From: a virus
Direction: 5' to 3' (one strand)
DNA length: 64,000 nt
Virus record (IMG/VR): IMGVR_UViG_3300037454_000906
Span: 189,118 to 253,117 of that record
This document shows positions 37,017 to 46,100 of this stretch, piece by piece. A program made the translations under genes and the position numbers. Numbering within the stretch: position 1 is the first letter of the stretch; each line of letters begins with the position of its first letter. The notes beneath the pieces were generated by a model. The model worked only from the letters and a program-made list of their open reading frames with translations, was not told the DNA's origin and made no database searches.

Positions 37017-38744
37017 CTATGCAGTGGGTTGTGCAACCTGAGCCGGCCTGGGGGACGCCTGCGCTACTTCGGGATCGCCGAGTTTCATGACTGAACCAAG
37101 GTCAGTCGTGATTTTCTCAATCACGCCACCGGAGAATCCCGCGAACGGGTAACCCTTGCCCATCAGGTACGCCCTGAATATCCGGATGAAAGCCGGATCG
37201 ACCTTACCGAGCTCGGCGCCCGGGTTGTCCGATTCCGGTCCGAACCTGGAAACCCCGCGAGCCGCATCAAACGCAAACGGGATAATCCCCTTCATGCTTG
37301 CCACATAATCGCCGAACTTCTGCTGTACAGTGGCGATGGTTTTCGTGAACAAGTCGGTTGCGAGCATGTCACCGAGAACCTTGCGGGTCGCCGGAGTGGG
37401 TCCCGGGTTAATGATTCCCTTGCCCTCCGCGATCTTGTGCGCCAGCATCGTGTCACTCTTGATCAGCCTGGCGACCAGGCCCCCAAGGGCGGGGCCACGT
37501 CCGAACATCTGCATCATCAGGTTCTGCCTGACGCGGTTTGTATCGGCGGCAACCTTCTTCGCAAACGAATTGGCAAGCGTATCGACCATCTCGGAGACAT
37601 CCTTGTCCAGTAACGCAACGACGCTACCGAAGTCATCATAGTCCGATGTGTCAAAGTCAGTGGACGTGAAGTCCTCGATGTCGCCACCCCACGCGGATGC
37701 AAAATCGAACGACTCGGCGGGAGCGGCTGTTTCCGGCTCCGGTTCGTCGACAGGGGATTCCTCCTGCGCATGCTCGGCATCGTACGCCGCATTCTCGTTC
37801 CCGGCAGAGTCGTAGGTATGCACCATGTCGCCCATCTGCTCACCGATGTCGCCCTTTCCCATCGTCTCGTTGTTCACTTCGTTGAATTCTTCGCCACGGT
37901 TAACCTCGGAGTGGCCAAGTTCCTCATCGAAGTCATCCTTTTCCCCACTGACGATGGGGGTCTCGTTCGACATGACGGCGGCCCTGGCATTCTTCGGCGA
38001 TCCGGAGTTCCCATCGAACTGGTTCCACGCGCGACCGAGAACATCGTCATCGGTGGCCACCGTCTCCTTAGTCTCGGTCTTCTTGAACTGCTGTACGAAG
38101 TCCTGAAGTTCCTCGGCACTCGGCATTTTGCCGAGCAATGCAGACAAATCGCGATTTCCCATCTTCGCGTATTCCGGTTTCGGCCCGGTCTTTTTCTTGA
38201 GCTGTTCAAGGAGCCATTGGCGCGTGAGGAACGGCTTGTTGTTCTTCACGATTTCACCAAAACTCGAACCACTCAATGCCTTGCCGTTGACGATAATCGT
38301 GCTAGATACGGAGGATTCGAACAGGATATTGGCCACTTCAAGCATGGCATTCACCTGGTCGTTGTCCAGGCCCATCTCAAAGAGGGAATTGCGGATACGA
38401 TCTTCACGGCTTTCACCGATGGCCATCCTGTATTCGCTGCTGATGCCCGGCTCGACCGCATCGGCATCATAAGGGACGAATTCGAGCCAACTATCCATTC
38501 CATCGCTAACGGCCTCAACGAACTTGTCTACGCCGCCAGAATCCTTGGTGGTCCCACCGTCCCCACGGTACACTGCATATTCAAGACCGCCGTCCGCACC
38601 AGGTACGCACTCGGCCAGCTTTTTCTCGCTGTCAGGAAGGGTGACCACGATTTTACCATCGGGCGTCATCGAGACAGTGGTGCCGGTCTTGCCCAGCATC
38701 TCGGAAATTGTATCGAATGTTTCTTGAATCATCGGGAAATCCAA
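37017..38744 (-). CDS. Large acidic protein, probable internal head protein (about 575 aa)
   Basis: Late promoter at 38764-38770; D/E-rich; internal motif AMLEVANILFES. Start may be ATG 38732. Confidence 0.7.
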   Translation of the reverse strand: MDFPMIQETFDTISEMLGKTGTTVSMTPDGKIVVTLPDSEKKLAECVPGADGGLEYAVYRGDGGTTKDSGGVDKFVEAVSDGMDSWLEFVPYDADAVEPGISSEYRMAIGESREDRIRNSLFEMGLDNDQVNAMLEVANILFESSVSSTIIVNGKALSGSSFGEIVKNNKPFLTRQWLLEQLKKKTGPKPEYAKMGNRDLSALLGKMPSAEELQDFVQQFKKTETKETVATDDDVLGRAWNQFDGNSGSPKNARAAVMSNETPIVSGEKDDFDEELGHSEVNRGEEFNEVNNETMGKGDIGEQMGDMVHTYDSAGNENAAYDAEHAQEESPVDEPEPETAAPAESFDFASAWGGDIEDFTSTDFDTSDYDDFGSVVALLDKDVSEMVDTLANSFAKKVAADTNRVRQNLMMQMFGRGPALGGLVARLIKSDTMLAHKIAEGKGIINPGPTPATRKVLGDMLATDLFTKTIATVQQKFGDYVASMKGIIPFAFDAARGVSRFGPESDNPGAELGKVDPAFIRIFRAYLMGKGYPFAGFSGGVIEKITTDLGSVMKLGDPEVAQASPRPAQVAQPTA

Positions 38745-38935
38745 TATTGTATCTTTCCCGGTAGTTTATACCGGCAATGTGGCCGGTATACCCACGTGCC
38801 GTCCCTGGCGACGCGAGTTTCTCGTTTCACGCGCGTGCCATCGGGCAGTCCCGTGTATTCAAAACAAACAAATGCAACCATGGTGCTCATGATTGCAAAG
38901 GTCGCCAATATGATGACAGATTTCAATCCGCTCAT
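38729..38935 (-). CDS. Small predicted membrane protein (68 aa)
   Basis: ATGA overlap with the upstream stop; hydrophobic VIILATFAIMSTMVAFVCF then basic tail. Confidence 0.45.
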   Translation of the reverse strand: MSGLKSVIILATFAIMSTMVAFVCFEYTGLPDGTRVKRETRVARDGTWVYRPHCRYKLPGKIQYWISR

Positions 38936-39489
38936 TTCGATGCGCCAGTTCCCGGCGAGCCGCCACCAACACCATCGCCGGCATACACGCCGTTCTGGTT
39001 GTTCGGGCACGTTATGGAGTATCCGCATTGCATCGGCATCTGGCTCTGGACGGCGGTCCACTGCATGGGGTTCGGGAGGTTTTTGCGTGCATTCTTGATC
39101 AATTCATCGGTAGGGACGGATTGCACTGTACTCTGTGCGGCAAGTCCGGCAATGTGGCCGTTCTTGGTCAGGTCGGGGACACCCCATTTGGCCTCCTTGG
39201 TTTCCTCACCGATGTCACGGGAACAGTGCCCATTAACTACAGTTGGGCCACTGGACACCATATCAGGAGCCGAGGTACCGGATGTCCCGGGAGCGCTCGG
39301 AACAATATGCGTCATGCCCTTCCAGTCAATTGCAGCTGTCTGATGGATGGAATCGGGTACAAGGAGTGGACGAAAATTGTTGCTTTCGCAAAGCGCACGG
39401 AACTTGCAGGCGACTGTCTGTATGGACGAATCGCCGGTGGCCTCATACATGGCCCGCATAAAATTTATGTACCGTGTGGCCAAATCCAT
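38932..39489 (-). CDS. Hypothetical protein with cargo-type N-terminal motif (185 aa)
   Basis: Start MDLATRY 4 nt after the previous stop; FMRAMYEATGDSSIQTVACKFRALCES. Confidence 0.65.
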   Translation of the reverse strand: MDLATRYINFMRAMYEATGDSSIQTVACKFRALCESNNFRPLLVPDSIHQTAAIDWKGMTHIVPSAPGTSGTSAPDMVSSGPTVVNGHCSRDIGEETKEAKWGVPDLTKNGHIAGLAAQSTVQSVPTDELIKNARKNLPNPMQWTAVQSQMPMQCGYSITCPNNQNGVYAGDGVGGGSPGTGASK

Positions 39490-39493
39490 GACA

Positions 39494-39850
39494 TTACACT
39501 TGCTGTTGCTGAGTTTGCTGATTCGGATCGGGCGAATTGTATTGCTGCTGCATCTCGCCCATAGTCTGCTTGACCATCTCGGTAGTCTGGTCGAGCTTAG
39601 CCTGGGCCTGGTCCACCTGTTCCTTCTCGGCCTCGGCCTTGGATGCAATGTTCGCCAGGACTTCGGCGGCATCCGGGTTCTCCGTAATCGCCTGCGGATT
39701 CAATGGCATGGTATCCTGGTCGGTGTTGCCTGTCTGGACAACGGCCTGCGTCAAGTCACTTTCCAGCAGGCACTCGAATGCGGATAATACGGCTTCGCCC
39801 ATCCGGGGGCATGCCGCGCACGATTCCATAAGTTTTGTCTTGATATCCAT
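39494..39850 (-). CDS. Q/E-rich protein with cargo-type N-terminal motif (118 aa)
   Basis: TATAAAG at 39869-39875, GAGG RBS; MGEAVLSAFECLLES. Confidence 0.7.
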   Translation of the reverse strand: MDIKTKLMESCAACPRMGEAVLSAFECLLESDLTQAVVQTGNTDQDTMPLNPQAITENPDAAEVLANIASKAEAEKEQVDQAQAKLDQTTEMVKQTMGEMQQQYNSPDPNQQTQQQQV

Positions 39851-39880
39851 CTTAAACCTCGCCTATAGCTTTATATCCGG

Positions 39881-40129
39881 CTAATGTCGGGGCCATCCCC
39901 AGAACCACCTGAAATGAGGATCGCACCACCACGGTACCTGGGGACATGGGGGCGGCGGTTGGTTAGGGATGTAATATGGATGGCACACTTGCATCATCCA
40001 AGTAATCGGGCAACCCACCATATGCTCCATTACCGGTCTTGGCTGGATAGGGCCGTGCCCCTCATACTCGGGAACGCGGTCCGCCCCAAAGTATCCTACG
40101 TCATGTTCACGGTAACAGTCGCATGCCAT
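39881..40129 (-). CDS. Small Cys/Pro/His/Trp-rich protein (82 aa)
   Basis: Fills the gap in the operon, 4 nt after the holin-like gene. Confidence 0.5.
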   Translation of the reverse strand: MACDCYREHDVGYFGADRVPEYEGHGPIQPRPVMEHMVGCPITWMMQVCHPYYIPNQPPPPCPQVPWWCDPHFRWFWGWPRH

Positions 40130-40133
40130 GTGT

Positions 40134-40526
40134 CTATTTCCTTATGCGCCGTCTTGGTGGGGCGGTAACCCGCTTAAAGGTCGTCTCGTTGGGCATGACC
40201 GATATGAGCTCATGGATGCTGTGTATGTAGGAGTTCCCCCCAAGTTTCTTATACGCAACATTCATGCGTTCGAAGTTCTCGCGATCATTCTCATAAATGA
40301 AACCCCGTTCAACCGAGTGATAATAGATTTCGGTTAGCTGATTGCGCAAGGTTGCTTGCAAACCTTCCTTCATGAGCTCAATTACTTGCTTTGAAGTGAA
40401 CTGGTTTATTACCCAGTTTCTCATCGGCTTCACAAGTGTACCGAGTGCAATCAGAAGGCCCGTTACTGCAACGATGAAAGTTGACACCACGTTTATCTTC
40501 ATTGTTATAACTTCAAGCATCGACAT
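40134..40526 (-). CDS. Holin-like membrane protein
   Basis: N-terminal TM helix and LRNQLTEIY...ERGFI..DRENFERM..AYKKLGGNS motif of a widespread phage holin-like family; TATAAAC at 40560-40566. Confidence 0.6.
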   Translation of the reverse strand: MSMLEVITMKINVVSTFIVAVTGLLIALGTLVKPMRNWVINQFTSKQVIELMKEGLQATLRNQLTEIYYHSVERGFIYENDRENFERMNVAYKKLGGNSYIHSIHELISVMPNETTFKRVTAPPRRRIRK

Positions 40527-40584
40527 GCATTACTCCGACATTGGCTTTTCTGTGCGAAAGTTTATAGGTCGTCCCCATATGATT

Positions 40585-41559
40585 TCAGTTCGTATTGCCC
40601 GTTCCGCCACAAATCGGACATGCTTCCCCGGTGAATGAATCGATCCCGGTCCCATCACAATGGGTGCAAATTCCATTCTGTTCATCCTCGGATAAGTCAT
40701 CGGAGAAATCATAGCCTTCCGCATCGCGTTCCCATGTATGCGCGGGAAACTTATTGAACTCCTTCTCACCCTCAGTACCATGATGCTCCATCTTGTATTC
40801 GGGCCGCTCATAGCGAAGGATGATTTCCTTCATCATCGGATGCCTAACGATGTCCTCCACCCCCAGTTCGACGAACCCTATTCCACGTACGCCTTTCAAT
40901 AGCGTAATGGCATTCGAAAAACCAGACTGCGCCTTCTTCGGATCGAGGTCACATTGACGAGGATCGCCACAAATAACCATCTTCGAGCCACGGCCCAGTC
41001 GAGTAATCATCATTTTCATCTGGCTGGCGGTCACGTTCTGGAACTCATCGCACACTATATACGACCTGGCCAGGGTAGACCCGCGAATGAACGCGAGCGG
41101 GCAGACCCGCACTCGGTCGTAGAAATTGGCCATCTTCGGCAAAACCTTCGCATTGTTGCGTAGGGTCTTCTTTTCCTTCTTGGTGAGAGGTTCGTGCTTG
41201 ACCACGGTTTTTTCGACATCCTGCCCGGGGTATCCCTTGATCATCGCGATGGCATCGTTCAATGGCTGCATGTATGGAGCAACCTTCTCGTTGAGTGAAC
41301 CCGGGAGGAAACCGAGTTCCTCCCCGCCAGCAACGACCGGCCTAGTGAGGATCAATCTTTCATATTTCCCGTCATCCACCCCGTTTATTCCCACCCATGT
41401 GGCGATGGCGGTCTTACCCGTTCCCGATGGTCCGGATACGAATATGATGTCATTTGAATTGATGGTTTCGACCAACTTGTGCTGGCCTGGGGTCTTTTCA
41501 TAGATTGTACGACCGTTTCGGTCGGTGATTATGGCGCTCCCGCAAAATTTGCTATCCAT
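40585..41559 (-). CDS. phoH: PhoH family ATPase with C-terminal zinc finger
   Basis: VSGPSGTGKT, RPVV..GEELGFLPG, PLAFIRGST, DEFQN, GDPRQCD; tail CTHCDGTG...CPICGGTG. Confidence 0.95.
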   Translation of the reverse strand: MDSKFCGSAIITDRNGRTIYEKTPGQHKLVETINSNDIIFVSGPSGTGKTAIATWVGINGVDDGKYERLILTRPVVAGGEELGFLPGSLNEKVAPYMQPLNDAIAMIKGYPGQDVEKTVVKHEPLTKKEKKTLRNNAKVLPKMANFYDRVRVCPLAFIRGSTLARSYIVCDEFQNVTASQMKMMITRLGRGSKMVICGDPRQCDLDPKKAQSGFSNAITLLKGVRGIGFVELGVEDIVRHPMMKEIILRYERPEYKMEHHGTEGEKEFNKFPAHTWERDAEGYDFSDDLSEDEQNGICTHCDGTGIDSFTGEACPICGGTGNTN

Positions 41560-41625
41560 GCGATAGAGGCTCCCGTCTGTTAACGCGGCTGAATTGCCGC
41601 GCCATTTGGAGCTTATATGACGCGA

Positions 41626-43026
41626 CTAGGTGGCAAATTTTTCGATAACCTGACCAATGGTGGAGAACCGCTCCTCACTCCCATCATCCGGCTCGACTAC
41701 CCACTCGCGGGCATCGTGGTCGTACCGGAATGGAATCTTCTTGATTACGTCCTTGTTGCGGAAGATGAGCTCGTCATCCTGTTCACCGACATGTTTGGCC
41801 ACTACGCCATCCGACTTGATCAAGAACGCACAATCCCCATACCCGAGGTCATAGTGCTTGAGATACGAACAGCCGACAGGAAGCGCAAATAGCCATCCAT
41901 CCTTTCCTCGCCCTCCCTCGTATGTTGTAGTATAAGCAAGGTGGTCGAGAACCAGAGTCCCGTTGGAAAATCCGTTCTTCTTTATTTTCGGGTACGCCTT
42001 ATCGTTGGTGAAATGCACCGCCCAAGAACCTTCCACGATACGCGGGTTCTTAAAGTAGTTGAATGCCTTCTTGTTGGTGTCAATGTACCCCTTCTCGTCC
42101 TTAATCTCGTCCTTCTGTTCCTTGCCGAGATATTTATCGAGCTTTTTCATCGGCCCATCAACGGCCTCCATCGCGTTCATGGACCCACTCTGGTACGCAT
42201 CTTTAACCGTATCCACGACCTTAGGTTCGGGCTGCTCCGGCTTCTCGATGGCCGGGTTCTTTGATGCGGATGTTATGTACACATCCTGGAAATCCCTGGA
42301 CTTGATGAACTTATCCCATGGATATACGCCATGCTTGGAAATGAACATCTCGACGGTATCCATGTCGCTCTTCAACTGCGACACCGCATAATCACGGTTA
42401 CTCGATTCGACCAAGGGCACAACTCGCGTACGCGTGATTCCTTCCGCGCACTCATATATTGCCATAATGGTTTCAACTAGCGCCTTGTGCCGCGGGTTAA
42501 TATTACATACCGAATCCATGATGTTCTGGTATGCGGCATGCCGCTCGTCTGCCCGCTTGATGGGGTTAACCCTGATGTAATCATCGATCAGGCGCCCCCT
42601 TGCTTCGGCCTTCTTGAAGTTGTCCGAATTGCGAAGTTCGTTAAATTCCCTGTTACCATACGTCTTGACGAAGTACAATATGTCGTCGCACGCCTGCTGG
42701 AATCGGTTGTAATCCGTATCCCATGTCTTCCGGTCAATCTCGATGATGTATTCTTTGGCCTTTTCCTGTTCCGGAGTGAACCTACGTGCCTTGAGTCCAT
42801 GCACCGGGATGTCTTTCTGCACAAACCCGACTTCGGGCTTGGGAGAATTAGATACATTGGCAAACCGGTTGCGGTCGGGGGTCGGCTTGGCCTTGGGGCG
42901 ATGGAAGAAATTGTCGACGCCCTCCAGCATCACGTATTCCTTTAACGCGCATTCGAGTAAAGCGCGGTTCGAGCCGTTGTTCAGAGAAATTACCTTGGAA
43001 ATGAACAGTTTCTGTCTAGGTTCCAT
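41626..43026 (-). CDS. Probable internal head protein with C-terminal ADP-ribosyltransferase-like domain
   Basis: Late promoter at 43056-43062; two cargo motifs; C-terminal VHFTNDKAYPKIKKNGF...GWLFA...YG..AFLI...DDELIF. Start 43026 or 43044. Confidence 0.6.
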   Translation of the reverse strand: MEPRQKLFISKVISLNNGSNRALLECALKEYVMLEGVDNFFHRPKAKPTPDRNRFANVSNSPKPEVGFVQKDIPVHGLKARRFTPEQEKAKEYIIEIDRKTWDTDYNRFQQACDDILYFVKTYGNREFNELRNSDNFKKAEARGRLIDDYIRVNPIKRADERHAAYQNIMDSVCNINPRHKALVETIMAIYECAEGITRTRVVPLVESSNRDYAVSQLKSDMDTVEMFISKHGVYPWDKFIKSRDFQDVYITSASKNPAIEKPEQPEPKVVDTVKDAYQSGSMNAMEAVDGPMKKLDKYLGKEQKDEIKDEKGYIDTNKKAFNYFKNPRIVEGSWAVHFTNDKAYPKIKKNGFSNGTLVLDHLAYTTTYEGGRGKDGWLFALPVGCSYLKHYDLGYGDCAFLIKSDGVVAKHVGEQDDELIFRNKDVIKKIPFRYDHDAREWVVEPDDGSEERFSTIGQVIEKFAT

Positions 43027-43063
43027 TGTATGGTCCACATGCATATTCGCTATCAGTTTATAG

Positions 43064-43090
43064 GAAATCCCGGACAGATGTCCGGGATTC
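43064..43090 (-). terminator. Intrinsic terminator after the giant fibre gene
   Basis: AATCCCGGAC-agat-GTCCGGGATT. Confidence 0.7.
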
Positions 43091-43107
43091 GATGTATTAT
43101 GGATTAA

Positions 43108-46100
43108 TTAGATAGTCATGGAACCGTTGCTCTTACCACGCACCGGCATCACTTCGTATGTGTTGTCAGGGTGGAGTACCATACCGATACCGGCGCAATA
43201 GTTAATCCAGTTTCGGTTATCGGCACTGCTGTTACCGGAGAAGTCGAAATACTTATTGGATGCCATTACGGCCAGCGGCAACGTGAAGAAGTCATGCGTG
43301 TAGAACATATTCAACCTAGCCGTCGATTTGTTCAAGATTTCCTTGCAGACTCTTACGTAGTCGTTGGACAGCTTTTCCTGGGCCTCGGCGGCGGAGCTTA
43401 CCCCGAAGTAATTGCTGAGTTCCGAGCTAGTCAACTGCGACGGGTTAACCGAATACTTCCTAATCAGGTCGCTATTACCGGAAGATGCCGGCTGGTAGAA
43501 GAACCTGTACTGGTTGAGCATATCGGCTTCGACCGTTATCCCGCTATAATCCGATGCGGCAAAGTCGGTATCATAACGCGCTTCGGCGAATGCCTGGGCG
43601 GAATGCTTGCACCTCAAGTATTCTGTAGAATAGTAAGTTGCATCGTTCGCCGGGAAATTGTCAATCCGGTAAGTTGTGCCACCGCTGGACCAAGAGGCGT
43701 TATTACGTACTTGTTCACCCATAGTGGTACAAGTCGTCACACCCGTCGAGTTGATGTCCCCATTCACACTTGTGTCGTCACCGCGTTCCGCGTGGCGAAG
43801 GACGAAAATCACCTTGTCGGTAGCTGTCTTCGTCCCGGCCATCACGTAACGGTACGAGTTCCAAGAATTAAGCGGCCAAGAAGTCGACACCTGTACGAAC
43901 CGATCGAGCGCATGTTCAGCCATGAAGTCAGCGTATGCGGTATCCTTGTCCGTGTACGGCCAAGCGTCGTACGCCTTGATCATGTCCATATACATCTCTC
44001 GGCGAGCGTCAGTGATGAATGCGGTACTGGTCATCTCGTTCAGTAGCAAGTACGCATTCATGGGCGAGCCGGTCATCAGCAAGTCGAACAGCTTGTCCAT
44101 ATCCTGGTCGAACTTGATGATATCGTAGGTCGGATGAGAGGACATCCAGAAATCGCTTCGCATCAAGTCGATGATCTGGCCACCAATCTTCCTGTTATAT
44201 TCGACCGTGCCCGGAGTCTCGTCGATGTTGGCGATGCGGTAACGATTGCTGTCGTACTCGGCAACGAAGCGAGCCAAAGGTACGCCGTTGCCGCGATAGT
44301 CAGTAACAGTCTGGTTAGCATAATCAGCAATGATACCATCTACGGTTGCGGAATCGCTCCAGAACGTCTTGTCGTTATACACGCAGTCAGCACCAACGTA
44401 TACGACCCTGGAAACCAAGTCCGGCTGGACTATCAATCCACTGGCACCCGCTACCACGCCCCCGTCCGGCCCAACAATCGCGCTAACCGCATGCGTGGAG
44501 GGGTCGATTGCGATGGTGGAGCTGCCGGTAACGTTGAACAGGCCATCGAGCTTCTCCTTGTCACCAGAACTTAGCACGCCGGGCTGGGCGGGAACCGCAG
44601 CCGTAACGACTTCGTTATTCTGGTCGATGACTTCCGGAATGGCGGAAACGGCTGTCGGAATAGTAATCGTACTAGCAGCCGACTGGTCGACCGTGAACGA
44701 GCCCACAGATCGGTTAGGCGATGATGCCGTGCCGGCCATGTCGATCGTGACTGTTGCGTTATTTATCGTGATGTCGACAATGTGGTTAGCGTCTGGTGTC
44801 AGCGCCGTGCTATTCACCTTGACACCCTGTATTGCGGAATCCGCCTTGCCCAATGATGTCTGGACTGCGGAAGCCATATCTGTCGACGGCATTCCGCCGG
44901 AGGGCAACTGATATGCAGAATCGGCCAAGGTACCCTGTGCAGCGGTAGCGAAGTCGCTGGCCTTGCTACCCGAATCAGTAAGGTTGCCATTGGCATCGAG
45001 ACCGGCAAAGTTGCCGTTTGTGGCACCGCTTACCTTATCGGCTTTACCGCTGATGTCCTGGTGACTCTGGAGAGCGGTGTCCGCCTTTCCAAGCGACGCT
45101 TGTACCCCAGAACTGAGGTCAGTATCGGGAATGCCACCGGATGGCTTCTGATATGCCGAATCAGCCTTGGCACCCTGTGCAGAGGTGGCGAAGTCGCCGG
45201 CCTTGCTACCGGAATCGGTGAGATTTCCGTTAGAGTCAAGACCGGCAAAGTTGCCGTTTGTGGCACCGCTTACCTTATCGGCTTTACCGCTGATGTCCTG
45301 GTGGGACTGCAAAGCGGTATCTGCCTTAGCAAGCGACGCTTGCACCCCAGAACTGAGGTCAGTATCAGGAATGCCTCCGGATGGCTTCTGATATGCCGAA
45401 TCGGCCAGGGTACCCTGTGCTGCTGTAGCGAAGTCACTGGCCTTGCTACCCGAATCGGTGAGATTTCCATTGGAGTCGAGGCCAGCAAAGTTACCGTTTG
45501 TGGCACCGCTTACCTTATCAGCCTTGCCGCTAATATCCTGGTGGGACTGCAACGCGGTATCTGCCTTTCCAAGTGATGTCTGGACAGATGAACTGAGGTC
45601 AGTATCGGGAATACCCCCCGACGGCTTCTGATATGCCGAATCAGCCTTAGCGCCCTGTGCTGCTGTAGCGAAGTCGCTGGCCTTACTCCCGGAATCAGTA
45701 AGATTGCCGTTACTGTCGAGGCCGGCAAAGTTGCCGTTAGTTGCGGAAGATACTTTATCGGCTTTATCCGAGATTGCGCTTGCCACAGCGACACCGGACT
45801 GGGCATTGACCGAAGACGCATCATATGACTGGTCAACGGTCGGAATAGTCGGCAGATTATCCAAGTCATTATAGTCACCACTGGTTGCGACGGTGGCCAG
45901 GCTGGATGACAACGCATAACCAGACAAGTCCGGAGTGTTGGAGAGATCAGTGTACGACCCACTGGTTGCAACCGTGGCCAGGTTGCCCGGTTGAACCGCC
46001 GTATCTGCTTTTCCGAGCGACGCTTGTACCCCAGAACTGAGGTCAGTATCGGGAATGCCACCGGATGGCTTCTGATATGCCGAATCAGCCTTGGCACCCT

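Noticed and set aside
7916-41625. tRNA/rRNA or riboswitch in intergenic gaps (7916-8021, 30408-30597, 36919-37016, 41560-41625)
   Set aside because: Only single hairpins explained as terminators or leaders; no cloverleaf or known aptamer motif seen.
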